In this document: piece after piece, positions 1-9,059 of the stretch
Numbering within the stretch: the first letter of the stretch is position 1
How the letters are laid out: each line of letters begins with the position of its first letter
DNA from: an uncultured virus (IMG/VR IMGVR_UViG_2061766007_000727)
Lineage: Duplodnaviria > Heunggongvirae > Uroviricota > Caudoviricetes
Reading direction: 5' to 3' (one strand)
Length of the DNA: 29,779 bases
Virus record (IMG/VR): IMGVR_UViG_2061766007_000727
Made by a program: the position numbers and the translations under genes
Notes under the pieces: generated by a model
Told to the model about the DNA's origin: nothing
The model's database searches: none
What the model saw: only the letters and a program-made list of their open reading frames with translations

Positions 1-1
1 C

Positions 2-781
2 GATTGGGACACAAGCAAGTGTACGAGAGTGAACGGAATCTTTCAAGGTGCGGTTTGTATGGGTGACAACACTTTGGCAAACCTTTGGAAGTGGAACACA
101 AGCAATATAACCAACTTTGGTGAGATGTTCTCTTATCTTACACCTGTTGTTACAAATGGGTGGGTTGCGAGCAGATATGCGCCAGACAACTTCAAGCATT
201 GGGGTGATTTGTGTGATGAGTACCAAAACGCTGAAACAACCGAAGCAAGAAAGGAAGAAATAGAGTGGGAGTTGGCTGATTTGCAGAAGAAGGTTATTGT
301 TGAGAAACGCACTGATTTGTCCTTTGTTGAGAAATGGGATATGAGCAAGACCACACAGACGAGAGATATGTTCGCTTACAATCCGTATTTGAAGAACGTT
401 GGTGATTTGAGAAAATGGAGTTTCAATCCTTCTAACACTTGGACTGATTTAGGTGCAAGTGGTATGTTCGCATACTGCACAGGGTTGGAGACACTGCAAA
501 TGCCATCCATTCCAAACGGAGTGAATGTTGACAAGATTGTGAAAGGTTGCACTTCGCTTACAAATATTGAGATAGATGAGTTGAATGTGAGCGCAATATC
601 GTTCCAAGATTGTCCGCTTACAAAGCAGTCTGTTCTCAATCTAATCAATGCCGCAACCACTGATGTGACAATAACATTAAGGTCAGATATATATTCTATT
701 ATGAGCGTTGATGCGGATGTTCAGTCTGCTATAACGGCAAAAGGTGGAGATAATATAACAGTAACATTGGCAACGATTTAA
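2..781 (+). CDS. DUF285/BspA-like repeat surface or virion protein (5' truncated by window edge)
   Basis: Frame open from position 2; repeats WDTSKCTRVNGIF, WNTSNITNFGEMF, WDMSKTTQTRDMF match the W(D/N)xSxxTxxxxMF pattern; LRR-like C-terminus. Confidence 0.7.
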   Translation, partial: DWDTSKCTRVNGIFQGAVCMGDNTLANLWKWNTSNITNFGEMFSYLTPVVTNGWVASRYAPDNFKHWGDLCDEYQNAETTEARKEEIEWELADLQKKVIVEKRTDLSFVEKWDMSKTTQTRDMFAYNPYLKNVGDLRKWSFNPSNTWTDLGASGMFAYCTGLETLQMPSIPNGVNVDKIVKGCTSLTNIEIDELNVSAISFQDCPLTKQSVLNLINAATTDVTITLRSDIYSIMSVDADVQSAITAKGGDNITVTLATI

Positions 782-793
782 CTATATTAAAAT

Positions 794-1795
794 ATGAGAA
801 TTAACGTAAAAGATATTAGTGGTAAGTGGCTGACGGTTGAGAATGAAGCCGCAAGATTATCCTTGCCTCAAGAATATATAATTGCAGGCACGGCAGTTTA
901 TCAGCAATCGGATGGCAAGGCATACGTTTATAATGGCACGGGGTGGGTTGAACTTGGTGCAGAAGGTGCGGCAAATCTTCAAGCGGCTTTGAATGTAACT
1001 GAAACTAAAGTAGGTGGCATTACGCAAGGCAAGCAATACGCATCTGGTACTTCGTTTGAGACAATCTTTAGAGATATGCTCAACCCTACTCTCAACCCAG
1101 ACATAACCGCACCAAGCGCATCCATAAGCGGGGGAACACCTTACATTCTTGAGGTAGGTACTTCTAAAAACGTAACCTTCACAATCAACTTTAACAAAGG
1201 TAAGATTCATCCGTTATACGGAACAGAACCGCTTGTTGATGCAGACCGAGCAGGTGATGCGGAGGAATACAAACTGAATGGTGGGACGGCACAAGTAACC
1301 AACACGTTTACTAATATCACGGTGGATAAAGACAACGCTACGTTTGTTGCAAACGTCAAGTATGCCGCAAGTTCGGTTCAGCCGAAGGATAGCAAGGGTA
1401 ACAACTACTTGACACCGCTTGCAAGTGGCAATGTTAACACTGCAATACTAACCTATTCGTTCACAAACACGATATGGTCTAACGTTGCGGACATCACCGA
1501 TATTAGGAAGATAGAGCCTACCACAATCAAGTATTCGGACAAGCAGGCTACATTGGAGTTTCCTGCCGCTACGATTGCCAACCCAGAGACATTTGATGTT
1601 CCGTCTTCTTGGTCGGTAACAAGTATAACCTACTACAATAGTTTTACACAGAGTTGGGATGACGTAGCGTTTGAGTTCAGTGTTACAACAACAACACACC
1701 TTGACGCAGGCGGAGAGACTGTAAGTTACAACAGATACACTTACAACAAGGGGATACCTATTGATAACAGAAACGTAAAAATAACTTGGAATTAA
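794..1795 (+). CDS. Putative virion fibre/decoration protein (paralog of the 1819..3348 C-terminal half)
   Basis: Thr/Ser/Gly-rich; shares VGGI..G..Y..GT..E....DML.P...P..TAPS and NP..FDVPS.WSVT...RYT.NKGI..D.R..KITW blocks with the next ORF. Confidence 0.6.
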   Translation: MRINVKDISGKWLTVENEAARLSLPQEYIIAGTAVYQQSDGKAYVYNGTGWVELGAEGAANLQAALNVTETKVGGITQGKQYASGTSFETIFRDMLNPTLNPDITAPSASISGGTPYILEVGTSKNVTFTINFNKGKIHPLYGTEPLVDADRAGDAEEYKLNGGTAQVTNTFTNITVDKDNATFVANVKYAASSVQPKDSKGNNYLTPLASGNVNTAILTYSFTNTIWSNVADITDIRKIEPTTIKYSDKQATLEFPAATIANPETFDVPSSWSVTSITYYNSFTQSWDDVAFEFSVTTTTHLDAGGETVSYNRYTYNKGIPIDNRNVKITWN

Positions 1796-1818
1796 TCATT
1801 TTTTAGGAGGAAAATAAT

Positions 1819-3348
1819 ATGGCACGTTCAATCGGAACAATGAAATTATCGTCAAACTTTGAGCCACGTTTGGGCGCACCGCTTGACGCACGTATGGTAG
1901 TCCCAACACAAGCGGACTTGACCACATCAGATAATTGGGCATATCCTTATGTTGGTATGTTGGTTGCAGTACAAGCAACAGGTAAGGTATATGTATTGAA
2001 GGCACAACCCGTATCAACCGCATCCAATTGGGTGGAGGTAGGCAGTACAACGGATTTGAGCGACTACTACACAAAGAGTGAGGTTGACGCTCTCGTATCC
2101 GCAACTTACAAGCCGAGCGGTAGTGTCACATTCGCCAATCTGCCAACCTTGTCTGGTGATGTTTTAGGTAATGTTTACAATGTGACAGAAGCGTTCACAA
2201 CAACAACGGACTTCATAGAAGGTGAGGGAGTGTCTTATCCTGCCAACACGAATGTGGTTATTGTCAATGTAGGTTCGGCAGAACACCCTATCTATATGTA
2301 TGACGCACTCTCTGGCTTGATTGATTTGTCAAGTTACCAAGAGAAGATTCAGTACGCTTCAATGCCGACCGCCACATCAGCGATAGTTGGTAAGATAGTT
2401 CAATATACAGGTGTTACTAATTCCGATTACACGAATGGATATTTTTACAAGTGTGTGGAGGATTCGGAGAACGTGGGTACATATATTTGGGTTAACGAAC
2501 TCGTACAAGAAGGTGGTAGTGGCAGTGGTGCTTTGGAGACCGCTATCAATGTTACCAAACCCGTAGGTGGTATAGATAGTGGCACTAACTATGCCGTTGG
2601 TACTACATACGAGCAGTTGTGGCACGATATGCTTGACCCACACTTGTATCCGACACTTACTGCACCAAGTGGTGTTTTGACTGCCGACACACCGACATTG
2701 TTGAAGACGGGTGCTACACCGAGCGTTGAGTTCACGCTTTCACTCAATAGGGGTTCAATCAGTCCTGCATACGGAACGAATGGTTATCGCAGTGGTGCTA
2801 TCACAGGTTGCAAGTTTGAAGACGCATCGGAATATAGCACAACCTACACTTATACGAGAACAGTTCAACCAGAGACAGGTACACGATTCAGTAAGATTTA
2901 CATCGGCAATGTGTCTTATGCCGCAGGTGAGCGACCGAAAGATAGCAAGGGTGATTATTATAGCGCAACCGCACTTGATGCAGGCAATGTTGACACTAAC
3001 TCGATTAAGTTTGAGTTCGCAAGTCCGTTATGGTCTAATTCGACAAACATCAGTTCTGTTGCGGAAGAAACGCTTATTTCGGCAAGCACAGGCTCAAAGA
3101 CATTCAGTTTCCCTGCTTGTACAACATCAAACCCGTGGATATTTGATGTTCCGTCTGCTTGGTCAGTCACAGGTGTATCCGCTTACAACCCCTACACGAA
3201 AGAATGGGATAATGTAACAAGTGAGTTCACAATCACAAATACAACTCACAAAGACGCAGCGAATAACGATATTGCGTACAAGCGTTACACCTTCAACAAG
3301 GGAATTGACAACGATGCAAGACAAACAAAGATTACTTGGACTGTATAA
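1819..3348 (+). CDS. Putative virion fibre/decoration protein
   Basis: N-terminal ~75 aa closely match 3374..6136 (MARSxGTMKLSSNFEPRLGAPLDAR); C-terminal half paralogous to 794..1795; AGGAGG upstream. Confidence 0.62.
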   Translation: MARSIGTMKLSSNFEPRLGAPLDARMVVPTQADLTTSDNWAYPYVGMLVAVQATGKVYVLKAQPVSTASNWVEVGSTTDLSDYYTKSEVDALVSATYKPSGSVTFANLPTLSGDVLGNVYNVTEAFTTTTDFIEGEGVSYPANTNVVIVNVGSAEHPIYMYDALSGLIDLSSYQEKIQYASMPTATSAIVGKIVQYTGVTNSDYTNGYFYKCVEDSENVGTYIWVNELVQEGGSGSGALETAINVTKPVGGIDSGTNYAVGTTYEQLWHDMLDPHLYPTLTAPSGVLTADTPTLLKTGATPSVEFTLSLNRGSISPAYGTNGYRSGAITGCKFEDASEYSTTYTYTRTVQPETGTRFSKIYIGNVSYAAGERPKDSKGDYYSATALDAGNVDTNSIKFEFASPLWSNSTNISSVAEETLISASTGSKTFSFPACTTSNPWIFDVPSAWSVTGVSAYNPYTKEWDNVTSEFTITNTTHKDAANNDIAYKRYTFNKGIDNDARQTKITWTV

Positions 3349-3373
3349 ATTAGAATTATAGGAGACGTAAGAT

Positions 3374-6136
3374 ATGGCACGTTCAACAGGTACAATGAAG
3401 TTATCTTCTAATTTTGAGCCACGTTTAGGTGCGCCACTTGATGCGAGAATAGTAGTTCCCACCGTAGCCGACTTGACTGCGAGTGGGAACTTCCCATATC
3501 CTTATGTTGGTATGGTGGTTGCAGTACAAGCGACAAGTGAGTTGTATGTATATAGTGGTGGTGGTACAACCACTTTCACGAATTGGAAGAAGGTTGGTAA
3601 TGAGAATCCTATAAGTGGTGATGTGGGTGATTCAAGAACACCTATCTATCTTAACGATGGTACGTTCACCGCTTTGGATTACACTATTGAGAAGTCAGTG
3701 CCTTCCGATGCGAAGTTCACGGACACAACCTACGAATCAAAGAATGCTTCGGAAAGCGGTACTGATGTTTCGCTTGTAACCACAGGGGAGAAATACGCTT
3801 GGAACAACAAGAGTGATTTCAGTGGTAACTATAATGATTTGACGAACAAACCTACCATTCCTTCTGCGGCTAACAACGGAACGCTGACTATAACACAGAA
3901 CGGAACAAGCAAGGGTACGTTCAGTGCCAACCAAAGCACTAACAAGACCATTGAGGTTAGTGACACAACCTACGAATCAAAATCAGCCGCAAGCGGAGGA
4001 ACTGATTTAAGCCTTGTAACCACAGGTGAGAAGTACACTTGGGACAACAAGTCAAATTTGGCACTTGGCACGACACACACTACTGCGGCTTACGGAGACC
4101 ACAACCACGATGGCACATACTTGAAGTCAGTGCCTACGGCTGATACTGACACACTTGGTGGAATCAAGACAGGGTTCACCACAAGTGGTAACAACCGCAA
4201 GGTGCAAGTGGATGAAAACGGAAACGCTTATGTGATACAGAAGGATACCACATACACCTTTGATGGTACGTACAACGCATCTACCAACAAGGCTGCTACT
4301 GTTTCGACCGTAACCAACGCTATCAACGCTTTGGATGGTGGGACGATAGGTGTGGGAAGCGCAAGCAAGACGATAACATCTTTGAGTCAGTCAAATGGTA
4401 ATGTTAGTGCCACATTTGGTGACATATCAATCACTAAATCACAAGTGAGCGATTTTCCGACAAGTATGCCTGCGAGTGATGTTTCTTCTTGGGCGAAGGC
4501 AAGTTCAAAACCAACTTATACTGCAAGTGAGGTAGGTGCTATTGCAACGTCTTTGAAGGGTGCTAACAGTGGTGTTGCGGAGTTGGATGCCAATGGTAAA
4601 GTTCCTTCATCGCAACTTCCTTCATACGTGGATGATGTTTTAGAATACACAAGTCAAGAATCTTTCCCAACCACAGGTGAGGCAGGCAAGATATATGTTG
4701 ACACATCTAATAATACCACTTATAGGTGGAGTGGAACTGCTTATGTTGCGATAGGCTCATCGCTTGCGCTTGGAGAGACTTCTTCTACCGCTTATCGTGG
4801 TGATAGGGGTAAGATTGCTTATGACCATTCACAATCGACACACGCACCTACCACAAGCAAGTCAGCCGCAAGCGGAGGAACTGATTTAAGCCTTGTTACA
4901 ACAGGCGAGAAATACACTTGGAATAATAAGACAAGCCTTACTATCGGCACGACTTCAACAACTGCTGCGGCAGGTAATCACACTCACACCGCAAGTCTTG
5001 CTACAGATACGGGTACGAGTGCCATAACTCTTGCATCAGCAGGTAAGTACAAGTTAACCGCAGGCGGTAGCAGTGTTATTTTCACAATGCCTACCATACC
5101 ATCTTATTCGAGCAAGACTGCGGCAAGTGATGGTACTGATGTTTCGCTTGTTACAACAGGCGAGAAATATACTTGGAATAACAAATCAGACCTTGCTTTA
5201 GGTACAACGGCTAANNNNNNNNNNNNNNNCGCAAGCCTTGCGGCAGATACAGGTACAAGCAGTATCACACTCGCATCGGCTGGCAAGTATAAATTGACCG
5301 CAGGTGGCAGTTCGGTTATCTTCACAATGCCGACTTCAACCAACTTGTCAATAGGCACAACTTCAACAACTGCTGCGGCAGGTAATCACACTCATACAAC
5401 AAGTTTGGCGAGTGATAGTGGAACTGCGACCGTCACCCTTTCGGCTAACACAACCTATAAGTTGACCGCAGGTGGTACATCGGTTATCTTCAAGACACCT
5501 GTGGATAACAATACCACTTATTCAAGCAAGTCAGCCGCAAGCGGTGGCACGGATGTGTCACTTGTTACAACAGGCGAGAAATATACTTGGAACAACAAGT
5601 CAAGTCTTGCTCTTGGTACTACATCATCCACTGCGTTTAGAGGTGACTATGGTAACACCGCTTATACTCACTCACAATCGACACACGCACCGACAACAAG
5701 TAAGACTGCGGCAAGTGGAGGAACAGATTTGAGTTTGGTTACTACGGGTGAGAAGTACACTTGGAACAACAAGTCAAACCTTACAATAGGTACAACTTCA
5801 ACAACTGCTGCGGCAGGTAATCATACGCATACAACAAGCCTTGCGGCAGATAGTGGTACGGCATCGGTTACTCTTTCGGCTAACACTACTTACAAGTTGA
5901 CCGCAGGTGGCACATCCGTAATCTTCAAGACACCTGCTGATAGCAATAGTGTTACAAGTGTTGTAGGGCAGACAGGTGGGGTTACTACTGCGCAGATTGC
6001 CACCGCACTCACTAACGCAGGCTACAAACTGACTGACAACAACACCACATATAGTGGTGCTACACAGACAACGTTGGGTTTGGTTAGGATTTGGGCGAGT
6101 GGAGATACATTAAATATCAATACTGCGGCATCGTAA
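3374..6136 (+). CDS. Long repetitive tail/head fibre protein (contains a 15-N gap at 5215..5229)
   Basis: Ser/Thr/Ala/Gly-rich repeats, several HxH motifs (GDHNH, GNHTH) typical of trimeric fibres, GVAELDANGKVPSSQLP and FSGNYNDLTNKPTIP fibre-type segments. Confidence 0.75.
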   Translation: MARSTGTMKLSSNFEPRLGAPLDARIVVPTVADLTASGNFPYPYVGMVVAVQATSELYVYSGGGTTTFTNWKKVGNENPISGDVGDSRTPIYLNDGTFTALDYTIEKSVPSDAKFTDTTYESKNASESGTDVSLVTTGEKYAWNNKSDFSGNYNDLTNKPTIPSAANNGTLTITQNGTSKGTFSANQSTNKTIEVSDTTYESKSAASGGTDLSLVTTGEKYTWDNKSNLALGTTHTTAAYGDHNHDGTYLKSVPTADTDTLGGIKTGFTTSGNNRKVQVDENGNAYVIQKDTTYTFDGTYNASTNKAATVSTVTNAINALDGGTIGVGSASKTITSLSQSNGNVSATFGDISITKSQVSDFPTSMPASDVSSWAKASSKPTYTASEVGAIATSLKGANSGVAELDANGKVPSSQLPSYVDDVLEYTSQESFPTTGEAGKIYVDTSNNTTYRWSGTAYVAIGSSLALGETSSTAYRGDRGKIAYDHSQSTHAPTTSKSAASGGTDLSLVTTGEKYTWNNKTSLTIGTTSTTAAAGNHTHTASLATDTGTSAITLASAGKYKLTAGGSSVIFTMPTIPSYSSKTAASDGTDVSLVTTGEKYTWNNKSDLALGTTAXXXXXXASLAADTGTSSITLASAGKYKLTAGGSSVIFTMPTSTNLSIGTTSTTAAAGNHTHTTSLASDSGTATVTLSANTTYKLTAGGTSVIFKTPVDNNTTYSSKSAASGGTDVSLVTTGEKYTWNNKSSLALGTTSSTAFRGDYGNTAYTHSQSTHAPTTSKTAASGGTDLSLVTTGEKYTWNNKSNLTIGTTSTTAAAGNHTHTTSLAADSGTASVTLSANTTYKLTAGGTSVIFKTPADSNSVTSVVGQTGGVTTAQIATALTNAGYKLTDNNTTYSGATQTTLGLVRIWASGDTLNINTAAS
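3737..5773 (+). repeat. Intragenic degenerate repeats in the fibre gene
   Basis: Six copies of SKxAASGGTD(L/V)SLVTTGEKYTWNNK-like units and four copies of L.A...YKLTAGG.SVIF-like units. Confidence 0.85.
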
Positions 6137-6156
6137 TAAAAAAGTTGTTATATTTG
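6133..6156 (+). promoter_or_regulatory. Bacteroidota sigma-70-type -7 element (TATATTTG) with GTAATAAAA spacer
   Basis: Same spacer register as the copies at 13474, 20949, 22990 and 26776, but lacks the TTG. Confidence 0.45.
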
Positions 6157-6177
6157 TAAACCTAAATTACAACAAAG

Positions 6178-6858
6178 ATGGCACAATATTGTTATTTCTA
6201 TGCGGCAGGTGCGGGTGGTGCGAACACCATAAGGAAAGTGAGTTATGGTGCTAACACCTATCGTAAGATAAATTTCAATAATACAAAGTTCACTATATCA
6301 ACATGGTATAGTGGTACTTGTATTAACGGAGTACGTACACAAGTGACTTATTCCACAAGAAGTTCAAAAGTAACTGACGGATACGCACATTATTTCACAA
6401 TCAGAAGTCAAAGCAAGAGTGGTGGTAGTTGGGTTAACTATGGTGCTGTTACATATACTACTTACTATTTTGATGTGGATACAGATGGTGCGTCTATGTC
6501 AACATTGCAAGGTTACGGCTCGTATGGCTATATGTCGGTTTCTTGCTATGCAGGCAGTGAAACGTGGAGGGATTGTTCGTCTTTCACACCATATCCTGCG
6601 TCAAAGATGTTTCTACACTCACATTCGGTGTCGCAGAGGTATCAGTATGATTCCAAAGCGATGTACGATATAAACTTTTCTTACTCTACATCATCGGTGG
6701 CGAATGTGTCTGTGTTTGCGGCATCAAACTATGGAAACTACTATAATATAAACAACCATCCAAAAGTTGGTATTCAAGTTTCAAACGCAAACTACACCGT
6801 CAGTGGAATTGTTCAAGGACACCACTTGTTTACTTATATACAAACTAATACGTTCTGA
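6178..6858 (+). CDS. Tyr/Ser-rich hypothetical protein, possible fibre tip/adhesin
   Basis: 226-aa ORF directly after the fibre gene, aromatic/Ser-rich; no family recognised. Confidence 0.45.
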   Translation: MAQYCYFYAAGAGGANTIRKVSYGANTYRKINFNNTKFTISTWYSGTCINGVRTQVTYSTRSSKVTDGYAHYFTIRSQSKSGGSWVNYGAVTYTTYYFDVDTDGASMSTLQGYGSYGYMSVSCYAGSETWRDCSSFTPYPASKMFLHSHSVSQRYQYDSKAMYDINFSYSTSSVANVSVFAASNYGNYYNINNHPKVGIQVSNANYTVSGIVQGHHLFTYIQTNTF

Positions 6859-7661
6859 TGATTGCCATATCATCCGCACATAAAAAGACAAATGCTTACG
6901 TGAACGAATGGGTTGCGTGGCATTTGTCTTTGGGTTTTGACAAGATAATAATCTACGATGACAACGATAAGGACTACCCATACATAGGTGGTTTCATAGA
7001 CAATCAATATAAGGACAAGGTTGTAATTATCCCTTCAAACAAGGGAGACGGAGAGTGTGTCTGCTCAATGCAAGCGAGAATTATAAACAAAGACATTCAA
7101 GAACAGAGCGATGTTATAGAGTGGTGTGCTTTCATTGATTCCGATGAGTACATTCATATTGACAATTACAACTCCGTACATGAGTGGCTCTCAAACGCAC
7201 CGAGTTATGTGAGTTGCATAGCCTTGAATTGGAGAATATATGGTGATGACGGAGTGATAGTGGGTGATGAATCCAAGCCTGTGCAGAGTAGATTTGTCAA
7301 GTGTATGAATGACATACATAGTCAGCAAGGCAGATATTACGGCAATATGGTCAAGAAAATCATTAGACTGAACAAATCCATCACTGCTGATGATATGTTC
7401 ATCTTTAGGGATGAGAATGACAGGCTTGATATGTATGACTGCAACTTTACCAATCAAGGCAAGTGTGCGGTTATGATAGGTTCGGAATGTTCGGATTATA
7501 AGTGCTATATAAACCACTATGTAACCAAGTCCTTGTCGGAATGTATCAAGTACAAATGCGGTGACTTATGGTGTGCGGATTCGTTGAAGGATTATTACTT
7601 TATGTTCAACGAGAGGACTGCGGAGAAGGAAAAATATATTAAAGAGAATATTTTGATATAA
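6858..7661 (+). CDS. GT-A fold glycosyltransferase (GT2/GT92-like)
   Basis: YVNEWVAWHLSLGFDKIIIYDDN and WCAFIDSDEY (DxD) motifs; INHYVTKS. Confidence 0.8.
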   Translation: MIAISSAHKKTNAYVNEWVAWHLSLGFDKIIIYDDNDKDYPYIGGFIDNQYKDKVVIIPSNKGDGECVCSMQARIINKDIQEQSDVIEWCAFIDSDEYIHIDNYNSVHEWLSNAPSYVSCIALNWRIYGDDGVIVGDESKPVQSRFVKCMNDIHSQQGRYYGNMVKKIIRLNKSITADDMFIFRDENDRLDMYDCNFTNQGKCAVMIGSECSDYKCYINHYVTKSLSECIKYKCGDLWCADSLKDYYFMFNERTAEKEKYIKENILI

Positions 7662-7705
7662 TCAAATAGTTATTATTTTTGCAATATTATTTAAACAATA
7701 AATAA

Positions 7706-8962
7706 ATGAACAACAACGCAAATGCGGCAAACAACACACCGCCTACAGGTGAGCCGCCAATCGTAACACGTGTCGTGACCGCAGTAATACCTGCATACGG
7801 AAGCATTGACATAGTAAAAAACTCGGTCACATCCCTTGCGACACAATGGATACCAGACGATACGTTTGAACTTGAGATTATCATAGTGGATGATAATCCG
7901 AAGATGGACTACACCTACTTTTTGAGTATGGAGTTCCAAATGATAAAGAACAAGAACGTGTCTATAGGTATAATCAAGAATGAAACTAATCAAGGGCAAG
8001 GTGTTTGCCGACAGATAGGCATAGACAACGCACACTCAAATTGGATTATTCTGTGTGATGAGGATGATATGTACGCACCAAACGCAGTCTATCGTTTTTG
8101 GGAGATACTTAATATGCAATACTGCGCAGGTGATGATGGTATGCCTGTGGCACTTCTTGCCGCACCTGTGTATGGATTTGACGAGAACCGCAGTAGGGAG
8201 ATTATCAACTCGCAGACCATTTGGGTTAACGGAAAGATGTACAACCGCCAATTCTTGCGTGACAACAACATCTTTTTTGTCGAAGGTAAGAACTCTCATC
8301 GTGCGGAGGATTATCTGTTCATAGAGAAACTCAACTATGCTATTAAACATAACAAGTATTACAAGCGAGTTGACTTCACCGATGATGCTGACACGTTCTA
8401 CTATTGGATTCCGAACAAGAACTCACAATCACGCAACAATCAGTTCTACACCGCCAAACTGACACCAGACACAATGTCGGCATCGTTACAAGTGTACGAT
8501 TATTTCAAGGCGTTCAACGAGGCTCACAATCTTGTCAAAGAGCAGGATGAGTTTATGAAACAGAAGATTCTCGGACTGACCTGCTACGCATACTACGCAT
8601 ACGTGAAGTGGTTGCACGATATGGCACTTGGTTGGAAGGATGACCCGCTCTGTGTGGAGGAGGATTGGGAGTTGTACAAGAATGTGATGAGAACTTTTCG
8701 TGAGGAGATTCAGCCTTATTGGGGGGAGATAACGCCATCCGATATTGTTGACACGAAGTATAGTATGAAACATAGCAGTGACATCCAATACGTTGAAACA
8801 TTCATTCCTTCTTACGAGGAGTGGATTGAGAATGGATTGGATACTTTGAGTATGTCGTTCAAGGAGATAAAGAAATACTGCTCAAAGTTGAAGTTTGATG
8901 CCGCAGACCACGAAATAAACACACCTTATGTGAAGGCTTGGATAGAAAGACATAAAGAGTGA
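7706..8962 (+). CDS. Glycosyltransferase family 2 protein
   Basis: VIPAY, EIIIVDD, NQGQGVCRQIG, ILCDEDD (DxD), GKMYNRQFL, AED motifs. Confidence 0.85.
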   Translation: MNNNANAANNTPPTGEPPIVTRVVTAVIPAYGSIDIVKNSVTSLATQWIPDDTFELEIIIVDDNPKMDYTYFLSMEFQMIKNKNVSIGIIKNETNQGQGVCRQIGIDNAHSNWIILCDEDDMYAPNAVYRFWEILNMQYCAGDDGMPVALLAAPVYGFDENRSREIINSQTIWVNGKMYNRQFLRDNNIFFVEGKNSHRAEDYLFIEKLNYAIKHNKYYKRVDFTDDADTFYYWIPNKNSQSRNNQFYTAKLTPDTMSASLQVYDYFKAFNEAHNLVKEQDEFMKQKILGLTCYAYYAYVKWLHDMALGWKDDPLCVEEDWELYKNVMRTFREEIQPYWGEITPSDIVDTKYSMKHSSDIQYVETFIPSYEEWIENGLDTLSMSFKEIKKYCSKLKFDAADHEINTPYVKAWIERHKE

Positions 8963-8986
8963 AGTTCGTATTCCCTAAACACGTGG

Positions 8987-9022
8987 AATCGGCTATCACC
9001 CTAAAAAGTGGTAGCCGATTTT
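8987..9022 (+). terminator. Intrinsic terminator-like hairpin
   Basis: AATCGGCTATCAC / GTGGTAGCCGATT stem, CCTAAAAA loop, T-rich tail. Confidence 0.7.
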
Positions 9023-9025
9023 GTT

Positions 9026-9037
9026 TTATATATTATA
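9026..9037 (+). promoter_or_regulatory. Putative phage late promoter TTATATATTATA
   Basis: Exact 12-mer also at 10721, 10984 and 22230, with variants at 9960, 14523 and 19761; always just upstream of + strand ORFs. Confidence 0.6.
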
Positions 9038-9059
9038 TAAAGAGTTAAAACCGCAGTAT

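Noticed and set aside
3737..5940. CRISPR-like or DGR repeats
   Set aside because: The repeats are in-frame, degenerate at third codon positions, irregularly spaced and coding; no cas or reverse transcriptase gene, and no adenine-specific TR/VR pair seen
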